A stretch of DNA of 64,000 bases from Rhynchobatus australiae (lineage: Eukaryota): NCBI GenBank assembly GCA_034780895.1, contig JAUZTB010000066.1:30550099-30614098 (forward strand). The letters are read 5' to 3'. The position numbers and the translations under genes were made by a program. Shown here in pieces: positions 38,601 through 53,399 of this stretch. Under the pieces are notes generated by a model that did no database searches, was not told the origin of the DNA, and saw only the letters and a list, made by a program, of their open reading frames with translations. Positions within the stretch are counted from its first letter, which is position 1, and every line of letters begins with the position of its first letter.

Positions 38601-41600
38601 CAAAACTAAAAAGGGCAGAATATTCATAAGTTGTAAGAGGCTTCCTCAAGGCCAGAATTCCAACTTTATGAAGAAACCCCATTCCCCATACATGTTTCCA
38701 ATTCCTTTATAGCACTTCATATGAACAAGCCTCAAGCAAGCAAATCTTTAATACACACAAGTCAATATGATTCAAGAAACACCACTGAAATCTATTAAAT
38801 ATGGGTGGTCGCACAGGGTTTAATTCTTTGTTACACTAAAACATTGAGAGCAAACTGCAGGCAATAGCACTGAAATGGCTAGTTAGCTCTGCTTTCAGGT
38901 GACCCTCTTTGTCCTGTGAAAACACCTTGAAGCCTGCTTTACGGCCAATGCTGCCATAAGTTCGGAAATTCTAAAGGCAGTGAACAATGGCAGGGAAGGA
39001 GGAAGAGAAAGATGGTCAAGTGAAAATATTTTAAAAAAACGCAAATTTTGACCATGCTAACTTAACTGCAAAAGATTAAGAAAATTGAAATGAAACTTGT
39101 GGCAAGTTTCCAAACACTGACAGTTTCTTAGAGACAGTTTTCTGCATACAAAATTAATAGTGGAAATTACTAAAATAAATTGACAACTAAAGTGAATAAC
39201 CATGCAAATCAGGCAAGTAAATAAATACTCCTCTAAGCCACCTGTCCAGAGATGGTCATCATTTGCCACAGAAACAATGAATGGAATTGGGCACTGTGGG
39301 TTGAGAAGGAGAAATGGGAAGATCTTGCTTGTCTGCCATGTTTATCAACACCATTGTTGCCTGCTCAATCGTTACCACAGGTACTTTGCTTTATGCACTT
39401 TTCTTGTTATGAATAATAATGAACAGCAAGAAAAATTTCAAAAGGGGACAACTTTGGAGTCATGGGGAGGAAAAAATGTCTTCAAATTAGATACGAATTT
39501 GGGAGTGAGACCTAGGTGACAATTGTGCCATTTCACCATTGTGGCCACTTTATCTCTTTCCCAACTGTAAGGATGGCCTGCAAGTTATCCAAGGTGTCAC
39601 CCTTTACAATATGGCTCAGTATGAAGATGTGATGAATTAGATTTCTTCAAAATGCTGAGGCTAATGAATAACACAGAATATTTAGCAGAGCAGAATATTT
39701 AGAGTGGAGTGCTGGGAAAAAACTAGTGGATATACATGCAAGTGATCACTGCCTCCACCCCCACTTCAGAGGAACATGCAGAAACATTTCCTACTAATGC
39801 TATATTAATCAACATCAATTGGTTGTTTCATTTAGTGCTTAGGTTAAAGGAGCCAAATGTCACATTTCTCTAGGTTTTCATTCTAATGCTGAGATGAAGA
39901 GGTTAAAAAGTGTCCACACAGGGCACCAAGACAACTAGAGATTTAGCTGAGGAGCCAGTTATTGTTGAAATGATATAGGAAGAGATTGTTTGGTGGAACA
40001 CAAGAGTTCTTGATCTGCTGGCACATTAGAAATGCCGCAAAGATGAAAGCTATCAGTGATAGAAGGTCAGATTAATGTTCTAGAGTCTAGATTGCTTCAC
40101 TAAAGGAAAGAAAGGCTAGGCAGCAGCAATCTTGCAAGATCTGTGAGTCAGATGTTTGGCAGGAGAGAGTTTAACACCACCCATAAACTTCACAGGTTNN
40201 NNNNNNNNTAACTGCTTATGTCTATGGTGAACTTTATGGCAGGAAAATGATTATATAATCAAGTAACAGTAGACAGCGGCACAGGTACTGAAGGATTAAC
40301 AACATCCTACTTCCTTGCAGACAACATCACTAACAGCCAGACACTCTACAGTAAATTTTAAAGCACCGAGTGACATCCAGAGGTAGAAGACTAGAATGAC
40401 AGTAGGTTTTTTTAAAAAAAAAATGAACATGGATGTTAGAGGTCCAAATGAACCAGGGATATTAAAACAAATCAAATTGTTCTGTTTTGAAACATCAAGA
40501 TCCTCCTAGCTGCAGAATACAAGCCCAATAGTAGTTGAATATCTGCAAAGCAAAGATGAGAATAAAAGCTTACATACAAGTGCATAAAGCCCTTCAATCA
40601 ACTACACACTCATCCACTCTGAGGAGATATACAATATAAAAGGTGCTCATTCGATTTGACCTTTAGTTTTATTAAGAAGCCCACCTCTGAACAAATCACA
40701 CTGGCAGGTGGCACTGGATCATTTTTAAGGTCCTTAAGGGGAAATCATAGAGCACCAAGGTACACAAAGAATCAGATCATATTGAACTGCACAAATTAGG
40801 CTTCCACAGCACAAATCACAAGAGAACATAAATTAACATTGGCTTCAGTCATGTTTCGATAGTTCACTGGTTAAATTTCATAATTTTTACCACAGGCTGT
40901 ATTCATTTAAATATTTTATAGAAAAAAATATTCACTAAACAACTGACAAATTTCATTCTGAGGTGGCTTAAGAACTGTGCAACTGGGTGGAAATATTTTT
41001 GCATTGCCAATATTCATCTTGGCAAACTGTAATCTGCTTTCATTTGAAATGAAATATATTTGAGACCTCGTAAGAGAACTAGCGATATTAGTAGACTCAT
41101 CTGGAAGATATTGTGCTGTTGTCATTTAAAAAGCAGTGGGTTAAGAGAATGCTACAGCAAAAGGCAGAACAATGTCTTACAAATGAGTTAAGTATTGGCA
41201 GTAAACTTGGGAATTTCTACATTCAGGCACATGTTTTGTAACTCTGCTTTGTGCTGGAAAACTAATAAAATGACCCAGAAATTTGTGTGTTCACTGAATT
41301 AAGCAAAGCTCCTGTCTGACCATCAATAAATAAGAGTTGCTCCTCTGGCTGAGCAACATAACACTTGTTTCAACTGAGACAACCAGCACAGGTGATTCCT
41401 CTCAATACAGATATGAAATCCAATATCACCTATGTCCCCCTTATCAAGCTAATTAATTAATTAGCATCACCATTTATGGGGATTTTATTGAATTTATCAC
41501 AATCACTTTGCATTCCCTCCTTGTGAGAAAGGAAATAAACAGAATTTAAATAAAAAGCACAGGAATTAGCAAAAATCAAAAAAATTGTGAATGTTACAAG

Positions 41601-44535
41601 AGATAAATTTAAGAGATGTTACGCTTCCAATTAAAGTGTTTTGAAACATGTTCTAGGTCCTGATTTGCATTTTTTTTAAATAAAGAAAATCAACATTTAT
41701 AACTTTAAATTTAGCACAGAGAGGAGGGGCCTGTTCCTGTCAGCTGCATTTTTCTGCAGTATGTGTTTAACTAATATATCAACAATACATTAGGAAGAAA
41801 ACTAGTGGAAAATTTAGAATAGACAATTCTATATTGGTTATTAGAGTTGCAGACCACAGGAAATGTTCAGAGTACTATATAATTCTATTGAATGTAAAAC
41901 ATTCCATGAAATTTGTGTCAAAGTGCTATTATACTATGGTTACCAACTTACATAAGAGCCTTGCACCTTTCGATCAGTGGATGAACAAATGTACCAATGC
42001 TCGTTATGCATATAAAATGTATTTATACACACAGCCCGATTTCATAGTGCACATATGTAAATAGCACCATCCATTGAGCCAAGTTGCTACCATGAACCCT
42101 AGTACAGTAGTGCCACCTAAATCAAAAGACACAGGTTGGTGATCAGAACTGCAGGAAAAGCCCATGTCAAAAGAGAAAAACAAAAATCCTCTACAAACAT
42201 TTAGGGACCATTTGTATCAGGTGTTGATACAGCGTAAACAGTTGGTTGCTCAGCTGAGATATTCAGATATTCACATGTGGAACTTAACCTACTGATCAAT
42301 ACGCTACATTGAAAGGGGGATCAAATTTCTTCAGAATATCATACCTTTATCAGCAGTTTTATCCTGACCATTGTACCTTTGGATCAAACAAAGTCTTGCA
42401 GTTAGCCATACATTTATTACACATCCTTTTTGTATTATAATCTATTTCCAACCCCACTGGAATGATCCCTCGGTGTTTGTACAAAGCAACAAGTGCTTCA
42501 ATGTAATGCAAGCATCTTTATAACTGCCAAGTGCAAGTACCAAGTGTCTTAAGGGCAATTGTGAGAGGTTCAATTCCTTTTCATGTATTTTTTTGGTTTA
42601 GGTGACATACTCAGATCAGGTATTATCTGCAGGTGGCATGCTGCAGCCAGTACTTGCAATTATGCACTGCTAATACATCTATTAGAGAAGGGAGGCAAGC
42701 AGCATGTCTGCATTGCCTTTGAAGCCTGACATTGATAACTGAGTTTCCAAGTTTTCCATCAACTCCCCCTCCCAGTAGGGAGCAGATTAATGACTGAAGC
42801 TCAAGGATGGGTGCAATGTATTGGCATGGGTTTACTTGGTGGAAAATCAAGCCAATAAAATACAGGACCCAAGAATCTTTGTTCTTAGGAAGGAGACACT
42901 TAAATGAGTAAACCAAAATGAGTCAACAAACCTCCAGAGTCTTTTTGCAGTGGCTTGCACCAAAGCTCCACTAGAGCTGCAGAAATTAGGAATGGTGGCC
43001 TTTTGCTCCCCAAGCTGGAGACTCAGATCCCCTTGTCTACTATTAGAAAATATATTGATTTTAAGAAGTCATCTGATGGCATGGTGGGTCTGAGTTTCCA
43101 GCTTGCTGGCATTGATGTAGACCAGGTAATAAAAAGGTATAGAGAATTGAGATGTCTTAATGCTACAAGTTATACTGATGATGTAGGTAGGGATGAGGCT
43201 GGCGGGGTCAAGGTCACTGTGAGAAGGAACAACTGGAGGGATGTTGAGTTTGACCAGCAGGCCAAGTCATAGGGAATTGGGGTTCAGAGCTGGTCCTGTC
43301 AACATGGAGGCTTCTCATCCTCAGGGGGAGGACAAACTAATTCACTCATACCTTTAGAAGAAGTTTTATCCTTTTTTAAAAAAAAAATTTGATTTCTCCA
43401 GTGTTCTATGGTAATAACTGAAAATACTCATAACATTTCCATTTAGTTAAGTGTTTGGCAGNNNNNNNNNNNNNNNNNNNNNNNNNNNNNNNNNNNNNNN
43501 NNNNNNNNNNNNNNNNNNNNNNNNNNNNNNNNNNNNNNNNNNNNNNNNNNNNNNNNNNNNNNNNNNNNNNNNNNNNNNNNNNNNNNNNNNNNNNNNNNNN
43601 NNNNNNNNNNNNNNNNNNNNNNNNNNNNNNNNNNNNNNNNNNNNNNNNNNNNNNNNNNNNNNNNNNNNNNNNNNNNNNNNNNNNNNNNNNNNNNNNNNNN
43701 NNNNNNNNNNNNNNNNNNNNNNNNNNNNNNNNNNNNNNNNNNNNNNNNNNNNNNNNNNNNNNNNNNNNNNNNNNNNNNNNNNNNNNNNNNNNNNNNNNNN
43801 NNNNNNNNNNNNNNNNNNNNNNNNNNNNNNNNNNNNNNNNNNNNNNNNNNNNNNNNNNNNNNNNNNNNNNNNNNNNNNNNNNNNNNNNNNNNNNNNNNNN
43901 NNNNNNNNNNNNNNNNNNNNNNNNNNNNNNNNNNNNNNNNNNNNNNNNNNNNNNNNNNNNNNNNNNNNNNNNNNNNNNNNNNNNNNNNNNNNNNNNNNNN
44001 NNNNNNNNNNNNNNNNNNNNNNNNNNNNNNNNNNNNNNNNNNNNNNNNNNNNNNGTTGTGATGAAACATAAAACAATATGGGCCATGAGGACTTTCAGTT
44101 TGAAAGCACATCCTTTTCTCCACAAATTTGAAAAGGACTCAAATCTCATAACAACCGACGTAACCTAAATAAATGAGCTGACCGTTTTGACCAAGGAATA
44201 GGAAGTCACTGAGAAAAATCCATTGAAGGAATGAATCAAATCTATTAATTACAGGAATTATTTCACCAATGAGGTTTTGCAAACTGACTGACCTCATTTC
44301 AGTAATAATGTGCTAATTCATGCACCACCTATTCATCAAAATTTAGAAATGCAGAGTGGTAACTGAATGTCTACTGAAACAGTGTACATTCCAGTGGAAT
44401 AAAAGAAATGTAATTAAAAATGTACTGTATTAGAAGTACTGAGTATTATTTTGGACTGCAATCAAATTTAGACAGGCAGACCAGTTATTGTCTTTTCCAA
44501 AATTAAATTACAGTCCATCTTTAAGCCCATGTGTT

Positions 44536-44541
44536 TTTATT
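44536..44541 (-). terminator. Candidate proximal poly(A) signal of the minus-strand gene
   Basis: Plus-strand tttatt (AATAAA on minus) about 440 nt after the stop codon, followed by U-rich sequence on the minus strand. Confidence 0.4.
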
Positions 44542-44982
44542 TCCAAATAAGCATTATATCAGAAAATTTATGTATACCTCCAAGTTCTGTATACTTTTAA
44601 ATATTTTCTAAATCTACACTTCTCTCTTTTGGGGGTCAAGGGAAAGGGAGGAGGGAATTATTACCAGAGCGTAATGCTTAAAACCCTGTATTTGCAATAT
44701 AAAAACATTTTTGTCCAAAAATCATGCTTCATTTTCTAGGCCAAGATAATTACACCAGTAATTTTCCTCCAAAACTATACAGCTGTCACTGGATCACTGA
44801 CTTTACCAGCAGTGAAAGACATGATTGCCATGACGACTCCAGACTGTCACAGCATGGTCCATACAGATACACAGAAAGCAATCGGCTAGAAGAGTGGAGA
44901 CAGTTCCCCAATAGGTTGAATTGTGCTGTCTCAGTCAGGACTTGGAGGAACATTCTGGCAAGGCTTATCGGCGTCCATGAGG

Positions 44983-45179
44983 CTACTTTGTCAATTGTAA
45001 ACTGCTTCTCTTTAACAGTTTGTCTTCCACGAGTTCAAAGGGGGTGACACCTGCTAGCCCTTCCACAAGCTGCTGACAAGCCTGGGAAGAAATCAGTTTG
45101 CAATTCCGAAGATCGATTCGATTAAGGTTTGGGCAGTGTTGAAGCAGCAACAGGCACTGGTCTGTTATTCGATGGCAAC
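44983..45179 (-). CDS. FBXL19: KDM2/FBXL19-family terminal coding exon, (G)CHRITDQCLLLLQHCPNLNRIDLRNCKLISSQACQQLVEGLAGVTPFELVEDKLLKRSSLQLTK*
   Basis: gcctttcag acceptor; 197 nt to TAG (plus-strand cta at 44983-44985). Not in the ORF track; translated by hand. Confidence 0.9.
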
Positions 45180-46678
45180 CTGAAAGGCGCAGGTTAAAGG
45201 TGAAGTATTAACATCTGTTGACAAATACCATCAATATTGCAATTTTTAGCAGATTAAAGCTGCTTNNNNNNNNNNNNNNNNNNNNNNNNNNNNNNNNNNN
45301 NNNNNNNNNNNNNNNNNNNNNNNNNNNNNNNNNNNNNNNNNNNNNNNNNNNNNNNNNNNNNNNNNAATAGTTTTTGGAGAAGAGAATGTTCTCTGTTCTC
45401 CTGCTTTAATACATTATTTGATCTCTGAAAGGATCTCTGGTAGACTATTAACAAACGGGATGATCTGCATGCGTGTACTGATCCAATTTCCCCATTTCCA
45501 AATAGTCTAGTGATACAACTCTCTTTTGAAACACAGACCAGCTTTATGCATGTCTCAATCCCATGATCATCATAGAACTGCCCAGACCTCATCTTAAAAC
45601 TAATTTGAAAGCAAGGACTTTATCACCTTGCAAGTAGCATACCATAGGACTGACACAAACCAGAAATCTCATTTTAGGCGCAAGTTAATAAACCACTCAT
45701 CCTTCCTCTCAATTGTCTGTGGCATTTCTATTCAAAGCTGTTTAGAGATTGATACCTTGTAATTATTGTAGGTTATCTGCCCCTTACCAGTTTGCTACTT
45801 TGTTAAGCAGCAGGTCACAGGAATTTACAGCGAGGAGCACACTACAAGGGACATTATGTCCATGATGATCAAAAATTATCCTCTTTAGGTTACTCCCACT
45901 TCCCAGTTCTTGGTCCATACTCTTGTAGGGCTCTTCAAGTACTCATCCAGGTACATTTTAAATACGAGGAAGCTTCGACCTCCTTGTCGTTTTTAGGTAG
46001 AAAGTTCCTTGTCATCACCTCAAAGAATTCAAATCAGTCAGGCACTGCCTTCTCCTAACAAATCCACACTGATTATATTTGACTAATCTGTGCCCTCTCT
46101 TAATGCTGATTTTTGCTGTCACTTGGAACTATTTCTTAAAATTTGTTCAGCCCCAATGTTAGCTTGTCTGGCCCGTAGTTACTTGGTCTATCCCTTTTCC
46201 TTTTTTTAAAAAGAATCAATTTTGCATCTTCCAGTGCCCAGCACCACCTCTGTACCTGAAGAATGTTGGAAAACAATAGTCTTATCTCTTCCCCAGTGGT
46301 TTTAAGAGCTTGGCCACAATGTTACTTTGTGCAAATACTTTTAGTTTGTTATTTTTATTACACTAGCCAAGGAAGTGCAAAATTTCACATTCACATAGGG
46401 AATAGCATTTAGTTCAATACCTTCCCATCACATTAATAGGCTTGGAAACACCCACATCATTAGTACTTTCAGATAAAGGCATGTCTGAGTTATTAATTGG
46501 GGAAACTTTATTAGAATACACTGTGTGGATTATTCTACCATAACCTAATAATGAGTGAATTATGTAACAACAGCAATGACACCACTGGCTATGTTGGCCT
46601 TACCTACAGGATCATATTCCTGCTTTCAGAGACCATAGGAAATAAAGGGATATTGGTGAGATGTCATGGGTCTTTTAC

Positions 46679-46891
46679 CTGAAAGGTTAATTTCAGTCAG
46701 TGTTTCTCGTGTGGAAGATCCAGCAGCTGTCAAGAGGGCAATGGATTGATCAGTCACGTGGTTACACTGACTCAGGTCCAGCTTGTTCAGCATTGGCATG
46801 TAGCGTATCATCAGTGCCAACGAGCAGTCAGTAATATCCAAACCCGCTAAGTGAAATTCTGTCAGGTTGCAGAGTTTGCTCTGGTTATGAC
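46679..46891 (-). CDS. FBXL19: KDM2/FBXL19-family LRR exon, (G)[70 protein letters not shown]
   Basis: cttctggtag acceptor and GTAAAA donor; 213 nt, phase 1/1. Confidence 0.9.
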
Positions 46892-48220
46892 CTACCAGAA
46901 GTAAAGGAGCATCTTTTAAAAGATCATGCTAAAATTAGTTAGCGTACAGCAAATTTATAAGAAGGGCNNNNNNNNNNNNNNNNNNNNNNNNNNNNNNNNN
47001 NNNNNNNNNNNNNNNNNNNNNNNNNNNNNNNNNNNNNNNNNNNNNNNNNNNNNNNNNNNNNNNNNNNNNNNNNNNNNNNNNNNNNNNNNNNTCCATAGAA
47101 TGCTCCTACAGAAAGTTGCTTTTCCAAGGAGAACTACTCTCGGGTGTCCCCGTCAATTGGCATTAAAATTATGACACAAAAACTTAACACTGGCACTCCA
47201 CTAACCTGTACAAACTCTCCATTGCTCACTTTTTTTTTTGCACACGTACTAAATGAGATTTACTTCAACAATGCCCCCGGGGAGATTTCACAAAGACTTA
47301 AATATGGAAAAAAGAATGTTTAATTAAAATAACCACATTAGGGTTAAACTCTGGAAATCCCATTGAACCATCATGCAACAAATATCTTACCAGTGTGGGT
47401 CCTACTAGATTACAGGCCAGTTTTCCTCCATAAGCTTCCTGGTTACCATTCTCTAGATCTCTCAAGTTTGATATTTGTTGGTTAAAAAGAGAAGTTTTTA
47501 CCATTTTCGTCATTCCTTTTATATTTGATGCAGTTTCATTTCTTTCTTTTAAAATCTGCACAGCTAGGTGTACCATTCAGAGGCTGAGAGTCATTTTATT
47601 CAAAAATCAATGGTGGATTCAGAGAGTCCAAATAGGAACAAAACACGATGATACTCTGCTTCAGTTGTACGTAATGCATTTTTTTAGTGCATTAAATGAA
47701 TCCAAATGACAGATCAGCACAATCCAACCCTTTAACCTTGCACGACTGTAATCCTTTCACCTTCCTGAAACATCAATAGTTAATGGAGACTTGGATACAA
47801 ACAAAATCTAATGCTGAGTATGTAGTTCCTAATTTGAATCATATTCACTTTCCTTCTGAATCAAACTTCTCATTTCTNNNNNNNNNNNNNNNNNNGGAGA
47901 TAGGCCTAAGTTGTTCTGGGGAAGCATGGAAGAGAACAAAATGGTGAGTGGCTTGTGTTGCATTTGCTGGAAAAGATTTACTAAGACTCAATTTAGTGCT
48001 AAACAGATTGATGACAGAACACTGAAAAGGCTGAACATTCAACATACACAGGCAACCTTTCTCCATAATCAGGCAGCTATCCAGAAGTGATGTAAACCAT
48101 TTTATCTTTATTGCCAGTAATTTGTTGAAGCGCTAAGTGGCACACTAGGAACATATTTAAGAAAGCATTGTATAGATGTAACTGTGGCAGGTTGCGTGTT
48201 TACTAACTCTTTCAACTGAC

Positions 48221-48382
48221 CTACTCTGCAATCTGTAGGTGGTGACAGCAACTCCCTCATCTGTGAGTCTTTGAGATCCTCCACCCAACGAAGATCGAGC
48301 ATGCGTAGAAGAGGACAACTCGATGTACAAAGTGCAGAGATTGCACTCCAAATGCATCCTGCTAGTGCCAGAATTTTCAAAT
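48221..48382 (-). CDS. FBXL19: KDM2/FBXL19-family LRR exon, (N)[53 protein letters not shown]
   Basis: tttttgtaacag acceptor and GTCAGT donor; 162 nt, phase 1/1. Lies within ORF 48108..48425. Confidence 0.9.
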
Positions 48383-48924
48383 CTGTTACAAAAAAATTAC
48401 ATTTAATATTATTTAAAGAAAACATGAAACATAAACAAACTGCTCACTACCAATGACGTTTTCAGAGGTAACAAACTTTCAAATGGCTGTATATATTTTC
48501 TGATTACTCGTCAACATATACAGTACCATTAACACACCAAAACGCTCTATTAGTTAGAAACAACGTGCTGAGGTGGGGCTGACCAGAACAGAGTTCCTTC
48601 TCGTTCTATACTTTTCCCCTGTAAGGCAGAAAGGCCATTTTGACTTTCAGACATGAAGAACATTTCATTTGTTGGCAAAAGATTAGAAGCACACTCTTGA
48701 TATCTCAATGGATATTTACTGTAAAACTAATTGAATTTTATATCAGTACTATAACAAAAAGATACTAAATTGCATCAAATATATAGTTGAGTAGTGTCCA
48801 CCCATTAAAGTCCCATACAGGACAACAAAATTAAATTTCATGTAACTGACAGTTGGTAAACACCTCTATGATGCAGTTGATTTTTCATTTGACATTGTTG
48901 GTATTTTGTATTGTCAGCAAAAAA

Positions 48925-49720
48925 AAAATCACTGGGAGGCTATGTTTAGTGGGGTGCTGCAGTGCTAGCTGTTCACAAACTATATCAATAATTTGGACGG
49001 GGGTGGGAAGGGGGGGAAATCAAGTGTAATACATCCAATTTGCTGATGATACAAATCTGGGTGACAGTGTGGACTGTGCAGATGGAATACAATGTGGAAA
49101 ATGTGAAGTCATCTAATTTGGCAAAAATATATTCTGCCCTTCTGCCCAAATGGTGATAGATTAAAGGATATTTGTGATTAAAGGGACCTGGATGTCCTTA
49201 TACACAGATCACCAAAAGTTAATGCGCAGGTTCAGCAAGCAATCAGGAAAGTATTTGGGAATATTACACATAGGTTTAGACTCTCTATCCGAGGAATACA
49301 GGGAGTACAGCAAAGGTTCACAAGATTGATTTCTGGAATGGACAGTTTGATATACAAGGAGAGATTAGACAGGCCAGGCCTGTACCAAAGAGATTTTACA
49401 AAAATGAGAGGTGATCTTCAAGTAGATGTGGATGTGATGTTTCCCCTGGCATCTTTAAAATAAGGAATTGGCCTTTCTGTACAGCGATGCGAAGTTTCTT
49501 CACCCAGAGGCTATGGAATGTTACTAAAGAGGGCTGCAGAAGCTCAGTTGTCAAGCATAATCAAGACAAAAGTAAATAGTTATTGTTATTAAGGAAATCA
49601 AGGGACATGAGGTTAGTGTGGAAAAGTGGCATCAGCATAAAAGATCAGCCATGTTATTACCGAGTGGTGGAGTAAGCACGAGGGGTTAAATGGCCTACTC
49701 TGGCTCTTTTTCTATGTAAT
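48925..49720 (+). mobile_element. Decayed CR1 LINE 3' part
   Basis: ctgttcacaaactatatcaataatttggac..tttgctgatgatacaaatctgggtg (FADDT), agggacctggatgtcc, and CR1 tail ttaaatggcctactc. Confidence 0.8.
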
Positions 49721-52059
49721 ATTAGCATAAGATGCAATTTTAGTGGCTAAATACACTGCATTCTCAAATCCTATATTTATAGGAAAACAGAATGGACTCA
49801 ATGGTCATGGAATAAACTATAACATTACTACGTCATCTACGAGCAAATGCCACTATACTTGAGTGTAATGTGTTTTGTTCAGTGCCTTACTTCTCAGTTT
49901 TAGAACACAAGAAACAGAATCAGTTAAAGTTGAAAGGTGCTGCAAGGTACACCACGCAGCAACTATCTGTCACCACTGTGATCATCTACAACTACAAATG
50001 ACAATAAGATCATTAAAAATAAGTTAATTTTTGCATACCCACATGAAATAAAAACCATGAACGAAGGAAATACAGCATGAGCTCTCACATACATTGGTAG
50101 ATAGTTTAATGGAAAATGCCAAAACCAATTTTTGAGATTAAAATTGGCCCTGGACTAAACTACAAATTGCAGTATCTCCTTTATTTTTCCAATGCATTCA
50201 TCTGTGGATGTTGTACCCATAAACCTCGGGTAGATAAAAACAAAGCAGCTAATTGCACTGGTTTGTAAAAAAAAACATTAAGCTGCTGACCCATTGGGTG
50301 GTGCTGTATATTTCAAATTTTATCACAGCATTTTGTTCTACTTTAGCTTTACAATTCAGTTTTTCCACTTAAATCATTCATGTCTCTGTTCAAGTTTTTC
50401 GCAATGTTATGCATTGCAGGCAGAAGCAATTACTGACCACTTTTAATAAATTTCTTTTATTCCTCCTGTAAAAGAATTAATTTATTCTACAAACCACTCT
50501 GCCCCCTTCCCAAAGGAGAGTCAGTCACCTTATCATCAGCACAAACATAAACATCTAGATCAGCTTCAAAACTTTAGCTGCATTTAATAAAAAGGTACTC
50601 TTAATATAATCAAATACTCATATTACATAGTGCAAGGTACTTCTGTAATACAAGTGTATTTTAAAACAATTTGAAGACAGATCTAAACCCTTCTAGTTCA
50701 GAGGGAAAGGGCTACCTCTGTTCCTCTTCATTNNNNNNNNNNNNNNNNNNNNNNNNNNNNNNNNNNNNNNNNNNNNNNNNNNNNNNNNNNNNNNNNNNNN
50801 NNNNNNNNNNNNNNNNNNNNNNNNNNNNNNNNAAGGTTCTTGGACACTCACTATTTTCAACAAGGTATTAGGCATAAAAAATATATGCATTATAGTTTTC
50901 ACAATGAATAGAAAATGGAGCTGCAAGGATTGGCACTTAAAAGGCATTCAAGGGGTTAAATGTGTGATTACAAGTAACTGATAAATCAAGAATGGATTTG
51001 CAGTAAAGAAACTTGGAAATCTCATGCATTTTTCAAGAATTACTTGATCCAACTCTTAGTCACTAGACACCAGTTAGTTCTTGTGATTGTTCATTTGGTA
51101 TATTTGCTTTGTATGCAATATATGCAATTGTTCTTGATGGGTAGATATCGGCTTCCTGTCTGTTGGCCTATGGACCATTGTAAGAACATCTGAACCTTGA
51201 ATGTGCAAGTTATTCCACTTTTTTTAAACTGTTTTGCAGACAAAATGCACAAATCTATTTTCAGCAGTAGGACAAGAATGAAAAGCAGAGGTACAAGCTG
51301 TTCCTTCAGAATTAAATTTCTAGGACAAAATAGTGCTCAAGGCTTGGGTTTTCTAATTGATTCTAATTTGCATTATTCAGATTAAGCAATGATTGTTGTA
51401 TTCAAAGACAAGTCAAATTCTGAAGTTAAAATAAACACATCTAAGATGTGTACTCATTAGTTTCTTGGCCAATGGACACAAGCCAATAATTTGGGTTACA
51501 TCTAATTTGTCTTGCTGCAGCTACATTATTTGGAGCATTGGGAATTAGAGTTATTTATAAGCATTTACTAAAAAAAAAATGAACATATTAACGCTGCCAA
51601 ACTACCATTTCCTAAGGGTGTGAGGCAGTGCTGAGCTTCCATATTTCACCATGTTACAGCTGGTGTGTAGCACTAGAGACATGCACTGTATAGGACTAAT
51701 TGGTAGAATGCAGACATCAAAAGGCAATCAGCATTTTTAAATGGAGGAATCAATCCACTTCATACAGTAAGGAGAAAGGTTTAAGCTGAATACCAATCTG
51801 ATTTTGGTCAGTTTCTGAGCTGGTTTGAAATTTATACCATAGACTAATTTGGAGTGCACTACAAGTCTTTGCTGTGTGCAAGCACAGCATCTGAAATGGA
51901 AGTGTACCAGATTCAGACAAAAAAGAATCATATGCTGAACAAATAACGTACTTCTACATATATGGTGCATAAATCAACTCCACAAGTTGCATTTAATCCT
52001 CCTTGCATTCCAAGGAACAACATAATTATCAGTTGTGCATTTAGTTACAACAAAATCTC

Positions 52060-52870
52060 TCTAGAGAGCATTATACAGCAGAGAAACAGCCCCTTCAACC
52101 CCACCGCATCTATGCCTATCTATACTAATTTCACTTGCCTGCATTAATTCTATATCCTTCTATGCCTTGCTTATTCAGCTGCCTGTCCAGATGCCTCTTA
52201 GTTATTTTTTTTTAAGTATAATGTTCCTGCCCGGTCCGCCATCTCCTCTGGAAACTTGTTCCAGATACTAACTACAGTGTGAAAAATTTACCCCTCAGAT
52301 CTCATGTAAACCTCCTCCCTCTCACCTTAAACTTTGCCCTCCAGTTTCAAGCATCCCTACCATAGGAAACAGACTTCAGCTATTTACCCTTCCCATGCCT
52401 CTCATAATTTTACATACCTCTGTCATTACCTCACAGCCTCCTTTGCTCCAGGGAATCAAGACCATGCCTACCCAATCACTCCTTATAACTCAAGCCCTCC
52501 AACCCAGGCAACATACTGTATTTGAATTTTTTCTGCACCCTCTCCAGCTTAATCACATCTTTTCTAATAGTATGACAACCAGAATGGCTGATGACAAGCC
52601 ATACACCTTTATCACCACCCTATCTACCTGCATTACTACTTTCAGGGAACTATATTCTTGCATCCCAAGGTGTCTTCTGTTCAACAACACTCCCCTAGGC
52701 CTTGCTATTCACTATACATGTTCTGCTATTGTTAAACATCCCAAAATGCATCACTCTACAGTTGGAGTTAAATTCAATCTACCATTCCCCTTTGATGACC
52801 TATATCCTATTGTTCCCCAAGACAGCCTTCTTCTTGTTCCACCTTACCGCCAATTTTGATGTCATCTGCA
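52060..52870 (-). mobile_element. Decayed CR1-like LINE 3' part
   Basis: tacagcagagaaacagcccttc tail, ctctcaccttaaac, ctcataattttacatacctc, ttctgcaccctctccagc. Confidence 0.8.
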
Positions 52871-53399
52871 TAACGTCCCAGATGAGAATTTCTACTACCG
52901 TCCAATCAGAGAGTGAGAGTACCCACAATGTCAGCTGGATGCCTTTGTCCAGTTACAATATTTTGCCAATAACCTTCAGGTCAGGTGTGGAAAATAATTA
53001 CAAGTATTTTGGTTTGGAATGGCTGTGGCTCAGTCAGGTTTCAAGTTTATTCATAAGCAGACTCTACTGAATTCCCATTCACGTGCTGAGTGTCAGTGAA
53101 AAACATGTACATTAAACTCAGGGTTTCAAAAGAGAACTAAGGAATGCTCAGTTTTGCTCAGACCCTTGCTGTGACTCCAGGCTTCATTAAGCTAAAACAT
53201 GCAAAGTTGCTGCCATGCCAGTTCACAACTCTTTACTTCCAATTAACTGTACCTGCTTCTAAAACAAATGTGCTTTTAAGAATAGGCCAAAAATAGCAAA
53301 TTCAAATTTCTGACCCAAAATAATTACTTCAGAAGTGAAGTGCCTGACTCAGCCGAATTATAATCTTGTGTCCCTGCTCTAGAGATTAGATAACACAAT

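Noticed and set aside
42955-43272. 105-aa + strand ORF between the genes
   Set aside because: TTG start, no recognisable domain or splice structure; probably decayed repeat or chance.
45180-45205. U12-like branch point (cctttaac) before the last minus-strand exon
   Set aside because: The intron's donor is GTAAAA, not the U12 GTATCCTT, so it is an ordinary U2 intron.
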